Virus record (IMG/VR): IMGVR_UViG_3300021478_000001
Coordinates: 22,934-86,933 of that record
Direction: 5' to 3' (one strand)
Length of the DNA stretch: 64,000 nt
Source: a virus
Positions 41,271 through 51,094 of this stretch are shown piece after piece. The notes under the pieces are model-generated. The model ran no database searches. It worked only from the letters and a program-made list of their open reading frames with translations, and was not told the DNA's origin. Each line of letters starts with the position of its first letter. Positions within the stretch are counted from its first letter, which is position 1. A program made the position numbers and the translations under genes.

Positions 41271-42241
41271 CTGACAGACCAGTGCTGGCCATAGGTAGTT
41301 GGGGACCGGATGTCAAGACGGTGCAGACATGTTTGGAAGTGATGCCGTTGGATGGGGACTTTGGCAATATCACACATACGGCAGTGCAGAAATTCCAACG
41401 TGAAAATGAATTAAGCGCTGATGGTATTGTAGGGAATGATACTTGGTATCAATTGGAAGAACTATATGATCTGCCGCCCTATCCACCTTACTTGTTGTCG
41501 CCATTGCCAGAACAACTGCAAGCGCAGATATACGCCATCTGTGACAGTAGCGATGTGACTGGATATAGCTGGCAGAATCGGGGCATGTCTCCGGCTGGTT
41601 ATGTCAAGGGCATGGCTGTAGGATTTTCCACTGTGCTGCGCAAGCATGTGCTGCACTATAGCGCCGCGCTGGACATGGCGCGCGCCAGCACTGGCAACAA
41701 AGACAAGGATGTGCTGGCATGGTATGAACAAGAGTTTGCAAAATATGATATGGCTGTAAACAGAGATGGCATTGATACTCTGCGTCATCTCTGGGTGCTG
41801 CTATACGGATTAGGGATGCGCGAGTCTAGTGGGAAGTATTGTTGTGGGCGGGATATGAGTGCCAGCAATGTAAGTGCTGACACGGCGGAGGCGGGACTAT
41901 TCCAGATGTCTTGGAATGCTCATAATTGCAGCCCAGAGATAGAAAGATTATTTGACGAATATTCTCAAGAGGGTGCTTTCCAGCAAGGTGCCAAAGAAAT
42001 CTTTGATGAGGACGTGGTCTGCACTAATTCAGATCTATCCTGCTATGGCAGCGGTCAAGGTGTCAATTATCAACGGCTAGCCAAAGTTGCGCCGCAGTTT
42101 GCTGCCGAGGCGTGCGCTATCGGGCTTCGATATCTGCGGCAGCATTGGGGTCCTATCAATCGTAAGGAAGTAGAAGTGCGGCCTGAGGTTGATGATATGT
42201 TCATAGAAATCCAGGAGTTGATCATACCGACTCTGGTGTAA
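41258..42241 (+). CDS. peptidoglycan-binding domain plus lysozyme-like endolysin
   Basis: PG_binding_1 motif DGDFG..T..AV.KFQ....L.ADGIVG..TW; GMRESSG...AEAGLFQMS. Confidence 0.8.
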   Translation: MFSMTDRPVLAIGSWGPDVKTVQTCLEVMPLDGDFGNITHTAVQKFQRENELSADGIVGNDTWYQLEELYDLPPYPPYLLSPLPEQLQAQIYAICDSSDVTGYSWQNRGMSPAGYVKGMAVGFSTVLRKHVLHYSAALDMARASTGNKDKDVLAWYEQEFAKYDMAVNRDGIDTLRHLWVLLYGLGMRESSGKYCCGRDMSASNVSADTAEAGLFQMSWNAHNCSPEIERLFDEYSQEGAFQQGAKEIFDEDVVCTNSDLSCYGSGQGVNYQRLAKVAPQFAAEACAIGLRYLRQHWGPINRKEVEVRPEVDDMFIEIQELIIPTLV

Positions 42242-42268
42242 ATAACAGGAGTTGATCATACCGACTCT
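42212..42268 (+). repeat. 23-bp direct repeat
   Basis: CAGGAGTTGATCATACCGACTCT at 42212-42234 and 42246-42268. Confidence 0.9.
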
Positions 42269-42283
42269 ATGAAGGAGGCAATC

Positions 42284-42442
42284 ATGTTTCAAGTACGGCG
42301 AATCATTCCTAAAAGTGCTGCTGGCTTCATCTGCGAAACTTGTGGTCGTGTCGCAGAGATTGACGCCGCTGAAATGGAAGAATGCATTAAGCATAAACAT
42401 GCAGGCTGTGTGTGGATACCGAAGGATGGGAGAAAGCCATGA
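42284..42442 (+). CDS. small Cys/His protein
   Basis: AGGAGG RBS; MFQVRRIIPKSAAGFICETCGR...; translated by hand, below the ORF track cut-off. Confidence 0.5.
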   Translation: MFQVRRIIPKSAAGFICETCGRVAEIDAAEMEECIKHKHAGCVWIPKDGRKP

Positions 42443-42618
42443 GCAGAGCTTTACTTTTCTGGGTGATCTGGGTCATCTGTGTTTTGATATGGGCTGGTGT
42501 GAACTTCGGAGGGATAGGAGGCCCACTCGCTGGTCACATGGCTGGTGGTGGTGTAATCGAGTTTGTCTTATTTGGACTACTAGGATGGCAGGTTTTTGGA
42601 CCTGTCGTTCATGGATAA
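42439..42618 (+). CDS. small two-TM membrane protein (holin candidate)
   Basis: Two hydrophobic segments; lies in the lysis cluster. Confidence 0.55.
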   Translation: MSRALLFWVIWVICVLIWAGVNFGGIGGPLAGHMAGGGVIEFVLFGLLGWQVFGPVVHG

Positions 42619-42724
42619 AGAGCAGAATTTTATCTGGCGTCTGGTTGGAGTTATTATCTTGGTGCTGCTGTTGGCCGGAGTGTTGGTCTGGTTGTCTTCT
42701 TTGCTGCCAACAGAGCTACCCTAA
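42611..42724 (+). CDS. 37-aa single-TM peptide
   Basis: MDKEQNFIWRLVGVIILVLLLAGVLVWLSSLLPTELP, translated by hand. Confidence 0.45.
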   Translation: MDKEQNFIWRLVGVIILVLLLAGVLVWLSSLLPTELP

Positions 42725-42824
42725 GAGGTTGGGCGCATACCACATCTATGCGTCCAGCTTCTCGGTCCTTGTAGTCCTCATTCCTTTTTCCTCCCTAGGA
42801 AGCAGTGAGAGACTCGGTCGAGAA

Positions 42825-42870
42825 GGCCCCTCCGTGGTAGTGAGCGCCCGCGGAGGGGCCATTTTTTATT
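42825..42870 (+). terminator. terminator ending the late operon at the strand convergence
   Basis: GGCCCCTCCG...CGGAGGGGCC followed by ATTTTTTATT. Confidence 0.8.
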
Positions 42871-43117
42871 CCTTCAATCTTTTTTTGTATTCATGAACCA
42901 ATTCATAAAGGTTGCCACCCTTTTCTGCGAGTTCGAATGCTAGAGCCCATCTCTTGGCTGTTTCCTTTTCATCCCAAGTCAATCCACTGTTAAGTTTGAC
43001 AGCGACATCGTCCATCCCTGGTATAGATGTCAAGTGAATTACTTTACGAATGCGAGCAGCTAATTCAATTTGTTCTTTTGTCATCTTTACCTCCATTATC
43101 TGTTTGAAAAGGAACAC
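42866..43117 (-). CDS. hypothetical protein
   Basis: ORF; GGAGG RBS before the internal Met. Confidence 0.55.
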   Translation of the reverse strand: MFLFKQIMEVKMTKEQIELAARIRKVIHLTSIPGMDDVAVKLNSGLTWDEKETAKRWALAFELAEKGGNLYELVHEYKKRLKE

Positions 43118-43214
43118 CTGACAAACGGGGATCCTTATCTGTCAGGTGCTTGCTTAATGACCCTTTGCGCCCGAATCCTTTCTTGATCCACTGTTATCCT
43201 CGTCTAGCGAGGAA

Positions 43215-43430
43215 TTAGGAACTACGGAGGAAGCGGGGACAACCTGATTCAACGTAGCCGAGAAAATCTTCCAGTGATCGTACCCAGATTTTCCCATTGT
43301 TTATGGAACGGTACACCACGGCAATCTCTAGACCCAACTCAAAGCGAGCTAGAGTCATTATCATATAGGGATCATCGTGTTTGTAATGCTTCCAGATTTC
43401 TCCAGTTAGCGGTATTCGTTTGGTATCCAT
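43215..43430 (-). CDS. DUF1653-like protein
   Basis: WKHYK...Y...VVYRS....IWVRSLEDF. Confidence 0.75.
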   Translation of the reverse strand: MDTKRIPLTGEIWKHYKHDDPYMIMTLARFELGLEIAVVYRSINNGKIWVRSLEDFLGYVESGCPRFLRSS

Positions 43431-43680
43431 TTGTCATTCCTTTCTAGACATCTTTTTCTGGTACTTCTTGGTAACGGATCGAGCATACCAATACATGAGC
43501 CGATAACGGATGCTCGGTTTGCAAGGACAGAAAGAATCTATGCAATGGGAATTTCCCCATTGACAGAAAGTGTATGGACCAGTACCATCATCGAGCTCAG
43601 TCATCGGGCCTTGTCGTTCCCAAAGTTTTGATGTTGGTCCTCCGGCATATTTTTCAGGCATAGAAGGATCTGTGCTCATA

Positions 43681-44145
43681 TTACTTTTCCTCCTTGAAAA
43701 ACTTTTGGTGTGCAATATCGACGCTGTCGGCAAAATCACGCAGACGCTGACCAAGCGATATCATTTCCTTGGTTTCCTGTTCTACCTTTTGCCGCACCTT
43801 GTCCGCCAGTAATTTCACCTTTTCTTGGTGACGTCTGGCAATCCCCTCGTAGTCCGCCATCACCTTGTCTATCTCATGCTTCAACGCCTCTATCTGTGAT
43901 AGAGCGTGTCCACGACGATTGACTGCATCATTAATCTGTGACTCAATGGTTTCCTCTAGATCTTCTATGATGCGAGTAGTTAAATCAGTGAACACTTTGC
44001 TGCTTAGTTCACCGGCGCGCGGCATGTCATTGTTCTTATCTGATGCTGGAGCAAAGGCTGGCAGTGGCAAAGTATCAAGACTCTTGCCAGCGTGTTTCAG
44101 TCTATCTAGCAGAGGACGCAACTGTTTATCTTGATGATCTTCCAT
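43681..44145 (-). CDS. coiled-coil hypothetical protein
   Basis: AGGAG RBS before MEDHQ; helical heptad character. Confidence 0.6.
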   Translation of the reverse strand: MEDHQDKQLRPLLDRLKHAGKSLDTLPLPAFAPASDKNNDMPRAGELSSKVFTDLTTRIIEDLEETIESQINDAVNRRGHALSQIEALKHEIDKVMADYEGIARRHQEKVKLLADKVRQKVEQETKEMISLGQRLRDFADSVDIAHQKFFKEEK

Positions 44146-44236
44146 CTTGCTTCTCCTGTTTGCACCTACTTGGCAGCAGATGCGGACTGTGCTATTGCTA
44201 GCACCGATAGAACGCACAGCAAATAGGAGAACCCCC

Positions 44237-44422
44237 ATGGCTGCACGTCGTAAGCTCAAGCGCGTAAGAGAAAGAGGTGGCGCGTCTTTTATCTGCCCCA
44301 AGTGCGGGGAGATAAGCCGCGTCACCAGAACTACTCGTCATAATAAGACAGTGGTGAGAGAAAGGCGTTGCCTTGAATGCGACCATCTCTTTGCAACTAA
44401 AGAAGTAAAGATGGTTGCATGA
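44237..44422 (+). CDS. zinc-ribbon protein (NrdR/Ogr-like)
   Basis: CPKCG...SRV..T......RERRCLECDHLFATKE. Confidence 0.7.
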   Translation: MAARRKLKRVRERGGASFICPKCGEISRVTRTTRHNKTVVRERRCLECDHLFATKEVKMVA

Positions 44423-44837
44423 AAGTAATAAGAATCATATGAAAAGTGATGGCGACCTGCGCCGTTTATTCCGCAAGAACTTGCCGGAAGTCTTTTGGAC
44501 CAGCATAGAGTCTAGGCTAACTCAACAAGGCATTCCTGATCTACACGGTATCTGCAAAGGGAAATCATTCTGGATCGAGAACAAGAAAGCGCGCGGCAAC
44601 ATCGTGCGTTTTCAACCGATGCAGATTGGCTGGTTAAAGCGATACGCTAGATGTGGTGGAGCGTGTTTCGTAGCTGTTCGGGCAAAGAATGCATTGTGGT
44701 TGCTTCCTGGTGGATCTGTAGAAGTGATAGCAGTAAAAGGTTTGACTGCGATGCCGAAACAAACTCTATTAGGAAGCAATGGTCCCAAGGCATGGCCATG
44801 GCCGCGCATATTAGAGCTCTTGCAGGGTGTGGCATAA
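44415..44837 (+). CDS. VRR-NUC/Holliday-junction-resolvase-like PD-(D/E)XK nuclease
   Basis: GIPDLHGI...FWIENK...FQPMQIGW. Confidence 0.85.
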   Translation: MHESNKNHMKSDGDLRRLFRKNLPEVFWTSIESRLTQQGIPDLHGICKGKSFWIENKKARGNIVRFQPMQIGWLKRYARCGGACFVAVRAKNALWLLPGGSVEVIAVKGLTAMPKQTLLGSNGPKAWPWPRILELLQGVA

Positions 44838-45057
44838 ATGCAACAGTGGTCCCGGCAGCTGCCCCCTTGCCCCCTGTGGCACCCCTTGCGCAGCGCCGCA
44901 GGGGCAGGGGCAGCGCGCGGCAGGGCAGGGGGGCCGCTACCCCTGTAGCGGGGCAGGGGCAAAATGCGCCAGCGGCCACGGCAGGGGCCATAGCGGGCAT
45001 TTAGGTTTTTGGCCCTATTTTGGGCTTTTAAGCCTATCAGGCGCGCGCCTTTCCCAT

Positions 45058-45903
45058 TCATGTAATCACCACCATCCGTGCTTCCACAAGCTCGCCGATC
45101 TCGTTGCAAACATACAGCACGCGATCGTGCTCAACGATCAGTGGGCCGCTGTCTAAGATGTCGTCAGGCAGCTCGACTTCAAGCATGGTATTGTTTTTGC
45201 GGTACAAGGTCCATTTCATTGATTGTACTTCCTTTCGATAGCTTCGCATTCGGCACGTGTAAGTAGCCGATAGGTCATTGATGGTTCTATACGCTCTTCA
45301 TACATTTCAGGAACTTTGAAAAACTGAATCTCGCCACCTGGATTTAGACCAAGTAAGTGTGATCTAATAATTAGATCTTGCTCGTTGTAAGCTTCAATGA
45401 GTAGTGCGCCAAGAAATTTTTTACCTTTTGGTAGATTTGGATCACAGAACGACATCCACCACCAATTCATCATGACTTACTACCTTTTGATTATCGTGAC
45501 AACTAGGTAGTTGTCCACATATGGAACAACGATTATCTCCTTGACTTTCAGCGACATATATATGTCCCTTAGGCGACATTTGTTTTTTGGTCAGATATAA
45601 ATCATGCCATTTAGGCATTGTCTTCTCCTTTGCTAGTGTAGACTTTTATTTCTCTTCCTTTCTAAGCATAGCCAACGCATCACTTGCTAAAATGAGGCGT
45701 GGATCACCGGCAACTTCGATAATTTCTGCATCAGTCAATTCACGTAATTTTAGTTTCTCATCGAAAGCCATTATGTGACTACAGTAATAACATATGGAGA
45801 TGTCGCCAGGACTTGGTGTTTCTTTTCCAGATCCAATATAAGTTGCTGCATCATTTATCTTGCCGCAGTTGGTGCACGGTGATGGTTGCAGATCTGTGCT
45901 CAT
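45058..45903 (-). other. cluster of small hypothetical genes (45058.., 45216..45473, 45646..45903 with CxxC motifs)
   Basis: ORF track with coupled starts and stops. Confidence 0.5.
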
Positions 45904-46502
45904 GTCTTCTCCGTTTCTAACATCTTGGCTATGTTTGCAGCTGAATTGAATCCCATTTTCATGTGAGCTGCTTTTTCGTGCCATTGACCCTCCCGCCAGC
46001 ATAGGAACATGCAATCATAGCGGTTGTCCCATCTGATGAGAGCATCGTATCCTTCGACTGTTCTTCGTTTCAAATATTCTCTGAGTACTGGATCCTGATG
46101 GGCATCCCTATGTTTCTTATCTACCCATACTTGGATAACTGGAATGACGTGACCTTCATTCGAGTACACATAGTCAGGACTCATATCAATTACATAGTGC
46201 GAACGATCTGGCCTCCTTAGTTCGGCGGTGTCATCATTGACTAGCCAGCGACAGTTCCATATCTTGCAGCCAAAAGGTCTTTGCTCATAAACGGTGCATC
46301 CCACATTATGTTTCTGGTATGGACACCTGACACCAGCTTCTTTGTTGAAATCTGGAATAGCACCATAGAAATCATTGGGCTGTATCAATCCTAATTGTAT
46401 CATGGTATTGGCTGTTCGTTGGGAGCCCACATAAACATCTGGGTCTCCAGTCATGGGCAACAGTTTGCAACAGAGTTGACAGTCGCCGCATTCTCTCTTC
46501 AT
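45900..46502 (-). CDS. YkgJ-like CxxCxxCC cysteine-cluster protein
   Basis: CGDCQLCC...RCPYQ...GCTVYEQRPFGCKIWNC. Confidence 0.75.
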   Translation of the reverse strand: MKRECGDCQLCCKLLPMTGDPDVYVGSQRTANTMIQLGLIQPNDFYGAIPDFNKEAGVRCPYQKHNVGCTVYEQRPFGCKIWNCRWLVNDDTAELRRPDRSHYVIDMSPDYVYSNEGHVIPVIQVWVDKKHRDAHQDPVLREYLKRRTVEGYDALIRWDNRYDCMFLCWREGQWHEKAAHMKMGFNSAANIAKMLETEKT

Positions 46503-46839
46503 TTTTTAGTTCTCCTTTAGTGCATTTAACCTAAACCATCCTGCTTTCTTCAGGTCATTGACGCCCGTATTCCATAACCCGCAAATAAAGCGAGAACGCT
46601 GACAACAAGAATGAGCCAAGTTGTTTCCATTATTGCCTCGCGTTTGTTAGAGTAAGTTGTGGTTGTTGCAACATCCTTCTTCGCAGCCCATTACTTTTCC
46701 TCCTTCTTCTTTTTACGATCTGCACGCCATTTCTTCCATTGCTTTATCCAAGCACTGATGGCTTGTCTGTAGTCGTGGCGAGAATTGAAATCGTATCGGT
46801 AAGGTTTCTTCATTTTCCTTTTCCTTATGCAGTGAAATA

Positions 46840-46916
46840 TGGCGGGAGCGACGGGACTCGAACCCGCGACCTTCGGCGTGACAAGCCGATACTCTAACCA
46901 ACTGAGCTACGCTCCC
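46840..46916 (-). tRNA. tRNA-Asp (GUC)
   Basis: GGGAGCG acceptor stem, D arm, TCGGC-TTGTCAC-GCCGA anticodon arm, GGTTCGAGTCC T arm, encoded CCA. Confidence 0.95.
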
Positions 46917-47123
46917 GTTTGGAGGATTATTCTTTCTTCTTCAAGCTTGCTTGTATGCGCACCTTGCGTATCATGTGGTATATTCGTTTTATTATTTCAT
47001 CACGCTTGGCTACATCTAAGTTCGGCGCCATCCGCTGCACAAACTCCCGAGTGTTGTTCATCATCTGCACTTCAGCTTCGGTCGGTGGTCGCCAGCGTTT
47101 GCGCTTGGGTGGCCATTGCGCTT

Positions 47124-47513
47124 TCATTTTTCCCTGAGCCTCATCAAAATCTTGGGACCCACCAGATCTGATGGTGGTTGCGGTACATCTTTTCTGGCCC
47201 ACAGATGCAGGCACGTTGGATGACAGTTGATGTAACGGCTTTTCGGTGGATGAAACTGTACCACAAGTTCTTCCTCGTACCAAAATAAATCTTTGACATA
47301 GCACATTTCTTCCCAGTTGGGACAGCGCCACCCAGATACAGAAACATGCTCCCATCCATTGCTGAATTCATTAGCATCATTGGCCATTATCGCCAGTTCC
47401 ATATTACATGGTCCTAGTATTACGAAGGATCCAAACCTGTCCCCATGAAGACTGGCATAGGCTCCGGTTTGTATGCGACAGAGCTCCAGCTTGAGAGGGT
47501 ATTGCGCGCGCAT
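47124..47513 (-). CDS. conserved phage hypothetical protein
   Basis: WEHVSVS...PNWEEMC.VKDLFW...QFHPPKS.YIN.HP.CLHLW motif common in phages. Confidence 0.7.
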   Translation of the reverse strand: MRAQYPLKLELCRIQTGAYASLHGDRFGSFVILGPCNMELAIMANDANEFSNGWEHVSVSGWRCPNWEEMCYVKDLFWYEEELVVQFHPPKSRYINCHPTCLHLWARKDVPQPPSDLVGPKILMRLREK

Positions 47514-47514
47514 A

Positions 47515-47826
47515 TTACAGATTCTTCAAGAAGGAGTGGGGTCCTACGACTATCGCTATGGGTCCTACCAGATAGTCTTCGGTAATGGATCTACCATAAG
47601 CTACTTCCCAAAATTTTTGCGCATTGGGATTGTAGGGCAAGCCATGTAGCTTACCCTCTTCGTTGCAGAAAGCGATGCAGGACTTGCCATCATACTTCGT
47701 GAAGTAGGGAACTATTTCAATCCAGCCTCCTACGATCTCTTTTAGCTGATCCAGCTGCGGCACTCTGTCCAGCTTCGTTATGTCTATCTTGCCGTCAGGA
47801 TGCATAGCGATCAAGCACTTTTCCAT
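47515..47826 (-). CDS. DUF3846-like protein
   Basis: LKEIVGGWIEIV...CNEEGKLHGLPYN...LVGPI. Confidence 0.75.
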   Translation of the reverse strand: MEKCLIAMHPDGKIDITKLDRVPQLDQLKEIVGGWIEIVPYFTKYDGKSCIAFCNEEGKLHGLPYNPNAQKFWEVAYGRSITEDYLVGPIAIVVGPHSFLKNL

Positions 47827-47829
47827 TTC

Positions 47830-48108
47830 CTAGTCCTCCGGTTGATGGTGTTTGTGCAAAGGGGCAGCACTGGCACAGCCGCGAAAGTGTGCTAGAGGCA
47901 GTGGCGCGTGCAGATCAGCGGTCAAATCTGTCACTGTGCAATGCAGAGCTCGTGCCAGTTCATTGACACGTTTTACGCTTGGTCTTACTCTATCACTCTC
48001 ATAGCTGTGTATTGTTGATGTTGTCAGTTTGAGTGCTGCGGCTAACTCCTTCTGTGTCATTCTACGGTAGTTGCGTATGGCTGCAAGACGACGACCATAA
48101 ATTCTCAT
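47830..48108 (-). CDS. XRE-family HTH transcriptional regulator
   Basis: RLAAIRNYRRMTQKELAAAL....STIHSYESDRVRPS...LARAL; start re-called at 48108 after GGAGAAAGGA (the longer ORF runs into the array). Confidence 0.85.
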   Translation of the reverse strand: MRIYGRRLAAIRNYRRMTQKELAAALKLTTSTIHSYESDRVRPSVKRVNELARALHCTVTDLTADLHAPLPLAHFRGCASAAPLHKHHQPED

Positions 48109-48134
48109 TCCTTTCTCCACTAGTAGAAACTGAT

Positions 48135-49260
48135 AGAACGCTCTTCTGCTTGCGATACTTTCTGTGTGCACGGCTCGCTCTTGCTTGACGATACTTTCTG
48201 TGTACACGGCTCGCTCGTTCATGCCGGTTACGACTCGCTCTTAGATTGCGATACTTTCTTTGGGAACGGCTCGCTCTTGCTTGACGATACTTTCCATGTG
48301 CACGGCTTGCTCGTTATGTTCGGTACTCTCAGGATTTCGGCTTGCTCTTAGTATACGATACTTTCCGGGACTATGGCTCGCTCTTGCTTGACGATACTTT
48401 CGTGAACTCTCGGCTCGCTTCTTGTCGTCGTTACTTTCGCTTTACACGACTCGCTCGCAAGATACAGTACTCTTGTGGTGCGCGGCTCACTCGTGCTTAA
48501 CGATACTTTCGGCATTCTAGGTTCGCTGTGTCTTTTCGATACTCTCCGGGAGGACGGCTCGCTCGTATCGTACGTTACTTTCTATCAGGTCGGCTCACTC
48601 TGGAATTACGATACTGTCGATTCACCCGGTTCACTTATCCGCAACGATACTGTCTACTGACACGGTTCACTCATTATCGTCGATACTTTCTACTGGCTCG
48701 GTTCACTCTCTAGTTACGTTACTTTTTCCAAGAGCTAGGTTTACTCATGATTCGCTACTATCCTAAACGCGGCTCGCTCGGACCTCATGTTACTGTCTCC
48801 TTCAACGGCTCGCTCACCAATGTTGTTACTTTCTTAGGGATCGGCTCGCTCAGGCTCCACGTTACTGTCTCCAGCTTTGGCTCGCTCACAAGATTTTCGC
48901 TCACGATGGCTCGCTCCGCATCGTCGATACTTTCGGAATTCTCGGCTCGCTTCTTGTCGTCGTTACTTTCGGCGAATTCGGCTCGGTTCACTCCACTTCG
49001 ACGTCACTGTCAATAGCCTCGGATCACTCTATTGCTTCGATGCTATCTTGCTATTCGATTCACTCCTCTGTTCAGATACTATTCATGGAAGACGGTTCAC
49101 TCACTCCACCGTGCCGTTACTTTCTGGTTCTTCGGCTCGCTCATGACTCATGTTACTTTCTTGACTTACGGCTCTCTTCAGCTCGCTCACTTTACTCGTT
49201 ACTCTCTGGGACTTCGGCTCGCTCATGACTCATGTTACTTTCTGGACCTTCGGCTGGTCT
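48135..49260 (-). ncRNA. dual-repeat 36-nt array 1 (TIGR-like guide array), about 30 units
   Basis: + strand CGGYTCRCTC-N8-CGWTACTDTC-N8; repeat A at 48171, 48207, 48267, 48303...49215, 49251, with a few indel units. Confidence 0.85.
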
Positions 49261-50167
49261 TCTTAGGCTCCTCTTGTGCTATATTTTCGTTGGCTGTGCG
49301 ATCCCTCCTTTCAATTTCTTCTCCCAGCGGTCCCTTGTAATATGCTTTGGCAAAGCCCGGGAACATGTGAGTATTGGGAATTTCTATTTCATGAGTATGT
49401 CCCATGATGGCAATGGCAAACGGCTTGACAGGAGGTGTGCCATAATGGTCCCAATACATCAAGGCGTGCAAGTGACTGAGAAACATCTTGGCTACATAGT
49501 TGCACGCTTGACTGTCGATGGTGATTGCCGGCAGCTTGCCAGTTTTTAGGAGTGCCATGACTTCAGGTGTCCTTGTCCTAAAAGTTTTGGCCCGCTCGGC
49601 ATTCATGCCGGTTTCATTTTTGTTGACCACATAGTCTTTACGCACTTCATAGATTTGGCGGTAGTAGGCGTTCTTGTCTTTCTGCAGTCTTTTGACACAC
49701 TGCCCGAGGTGCCAGCAGATCTGCCGCAGATCGGCATTGTATGGCCGCTTCTGTCCTTTCTCCCATACCATATCAGGATTTAATCCAGCGAATGACCAGA
49801 AGTGTCCGGCGGTTGGTGCCTTGGTTATATCCAAGTGTGCCAGCAATCCTGATGTGATGACAGGACCTATGCCATCATTAGATTGGCACCAACGCCCGAG
49901 TTGAGTGCTGTCGGCATACACCTGGAGTCCTTTCATAATTTCAGATTCAATGACAGCGAATGAATCTGCTGATTTGTTTAACAACATTGGTAGAATTGGA
50001 GCTCCATCCTTTTCTCCTAGATGACGCAATTGCATATCATTGCGCTTGCGCATTTCCTGTGCGGTGTAGTAATTAGCAACCAAGAATCTAGCTTCTGGAT
50101 TGCTAAGGTTGGCCGCTTGCAATACTACTTCTTTGCCGAAACGTGGAACTAGGCTAGCTCTTTTCAT
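49235..50167 (-). CDS. IS110/Nop-domain RNA-binding protein lacking RuvC (TasA-like)
   Basis: Coiled coil, then GIGPVITSGLLA and FWSFAGLNP (Transposase_20/Nop region); no DEDD RuvC domain; AGGAG RBS before MKRAS; flanked by arrays on both sides. Confidence 0.8.
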   Translation of the reverse strand: MKRASLVPRFGKEVVLQAANLSNPEARFLVANYYTAQEMRKRNDMQLRHLGEKDGAPILPMLLNKSADSFAVIESEIMKGLQVYADSTQLGRWCQSNDGIGPVITSGLLAHLDITKAPTAGHFWSFAGLNPDMVWEKGQKRPYNADLRQICWHLGQCVKRLQKDKNAYYRQIYEVRKDYVVNKNETGMNAERAKTFRTRTPEVMALLKTGKLPAITIDSQACNYVAKMFLSHLHALMYWDHYGTPPVKPFAIAIMGHTHEIEIPNTHMFPGFAKAYYKGPLGEEIERRDRTANENIAQEEPKKTSRRSRK

Positions 50168-50183
50168 AGTACACTCCTGTTGA

Positions 50184-50818
50184 CGGTACACTCATTAACG
50201 GTTCACTCTTGTGCTGCGATATTATCAATGATCTCGGATCACTCCCTTGCGACGATACTATCAATTGGACTCGGTTCACTCTTGGACTACGATACTCTCG
50301 ATGCGTGCGGTTCACTCTAGGACCGCGATACTTTCTATCACTACGGCTCACTCTGCGTTGTCGGTACACTTCATAGTCACGGTTCACTCTTGTCTTTCCG
50401 ATACTATCATGAAAGACGGTTCACTCAACTTCGACGATACATTCTGCCGTTCCGGTTCACTCCCAAATTACGATACTATCATTAGAGACGGTTCACTCTT
50501 TGATAACAATACTGTCTGCGCGTATGGTTCACTCCGTGATTGCGATACTGTCGGACAGATTGGTTCACTCTTGGATAACGATACTGTCAGCTGACACAGT
50601 TCACTCATGTGTTGCGGTACTTTCTGCCCAAAGCGGTTCGCTCATATTCTACGATACCTTCCACACTTGCGGCTCGCTCTTGTTTTACGATACTTTCATG
50701 AACAACGGCTCGCTCCTTTAACACGATACTTTCCAGACTTTACGGCTCGCTTACCACGATACTTTGACGTACCGGCTCGCTCTTGTGATACGTTACTTTC
50801 TGAGCTTATGACTCGCTA
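50184..50818 (-). ncRNA. dual-repeat 36-nt array 2, about 17 units
   Basis: Repeat A at 50199, 50235, 50272, 50308...50773, 50809, alternating with repeat B. Confidence 0.85.
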
Positions 50819-51094
50819 GTGCAGAGTCATCTTGATAGGTTGCCACCATTGTTGTGTTTCATAGCAGTAGAATTTCAAACTATCTACTGCTCGCTTGGTG
50901 ACAAACAACGGAATCATATCACGATGTCTGCATGTCGGCTTGTTAGCAGCGAAGCACTCACAGTGGAGACGTCCTCGGCTGTAGCGGATGTTGTAGACTT
51001 CTTGGACATTGAGAAGGAAGTCAAACTTCACCATACGATAACCGCCGGGAGTTCTTTTAAGATTATATACGCTCTCAGTTCCCGATACTTTCAT
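50816..51094 (-). CDS. SWIM-type zinc-finger protein
   Basis: Y.I......LHCECFAANKPTCRH (CxC-x6-CxH). Confidence 0.7.
   Translation of the reverse strand: MKVSGTESVYNLKRTPGGYRMVKFDFLLNVQEVYNIRYSRGRLHCECFAANKPTCRHRDMIPLFVTKRAVDSLKFYCYETQQWWQPIKMTLH

Noticed and set aside
46840-46916. tRNA as a prophage attachment site or host boundary
   Set aside because: Phage-like genes on both sides, no integrase, and no duplicated tRNA 3' fragment seen
49235-50191. Active IS110 transposase or insertion sequence
   Set aside because: No N-terminal RuvC-like DEDD domain, no catalytic Ser motif after GLNP, and flanked by periodic arrays rather than IS ends
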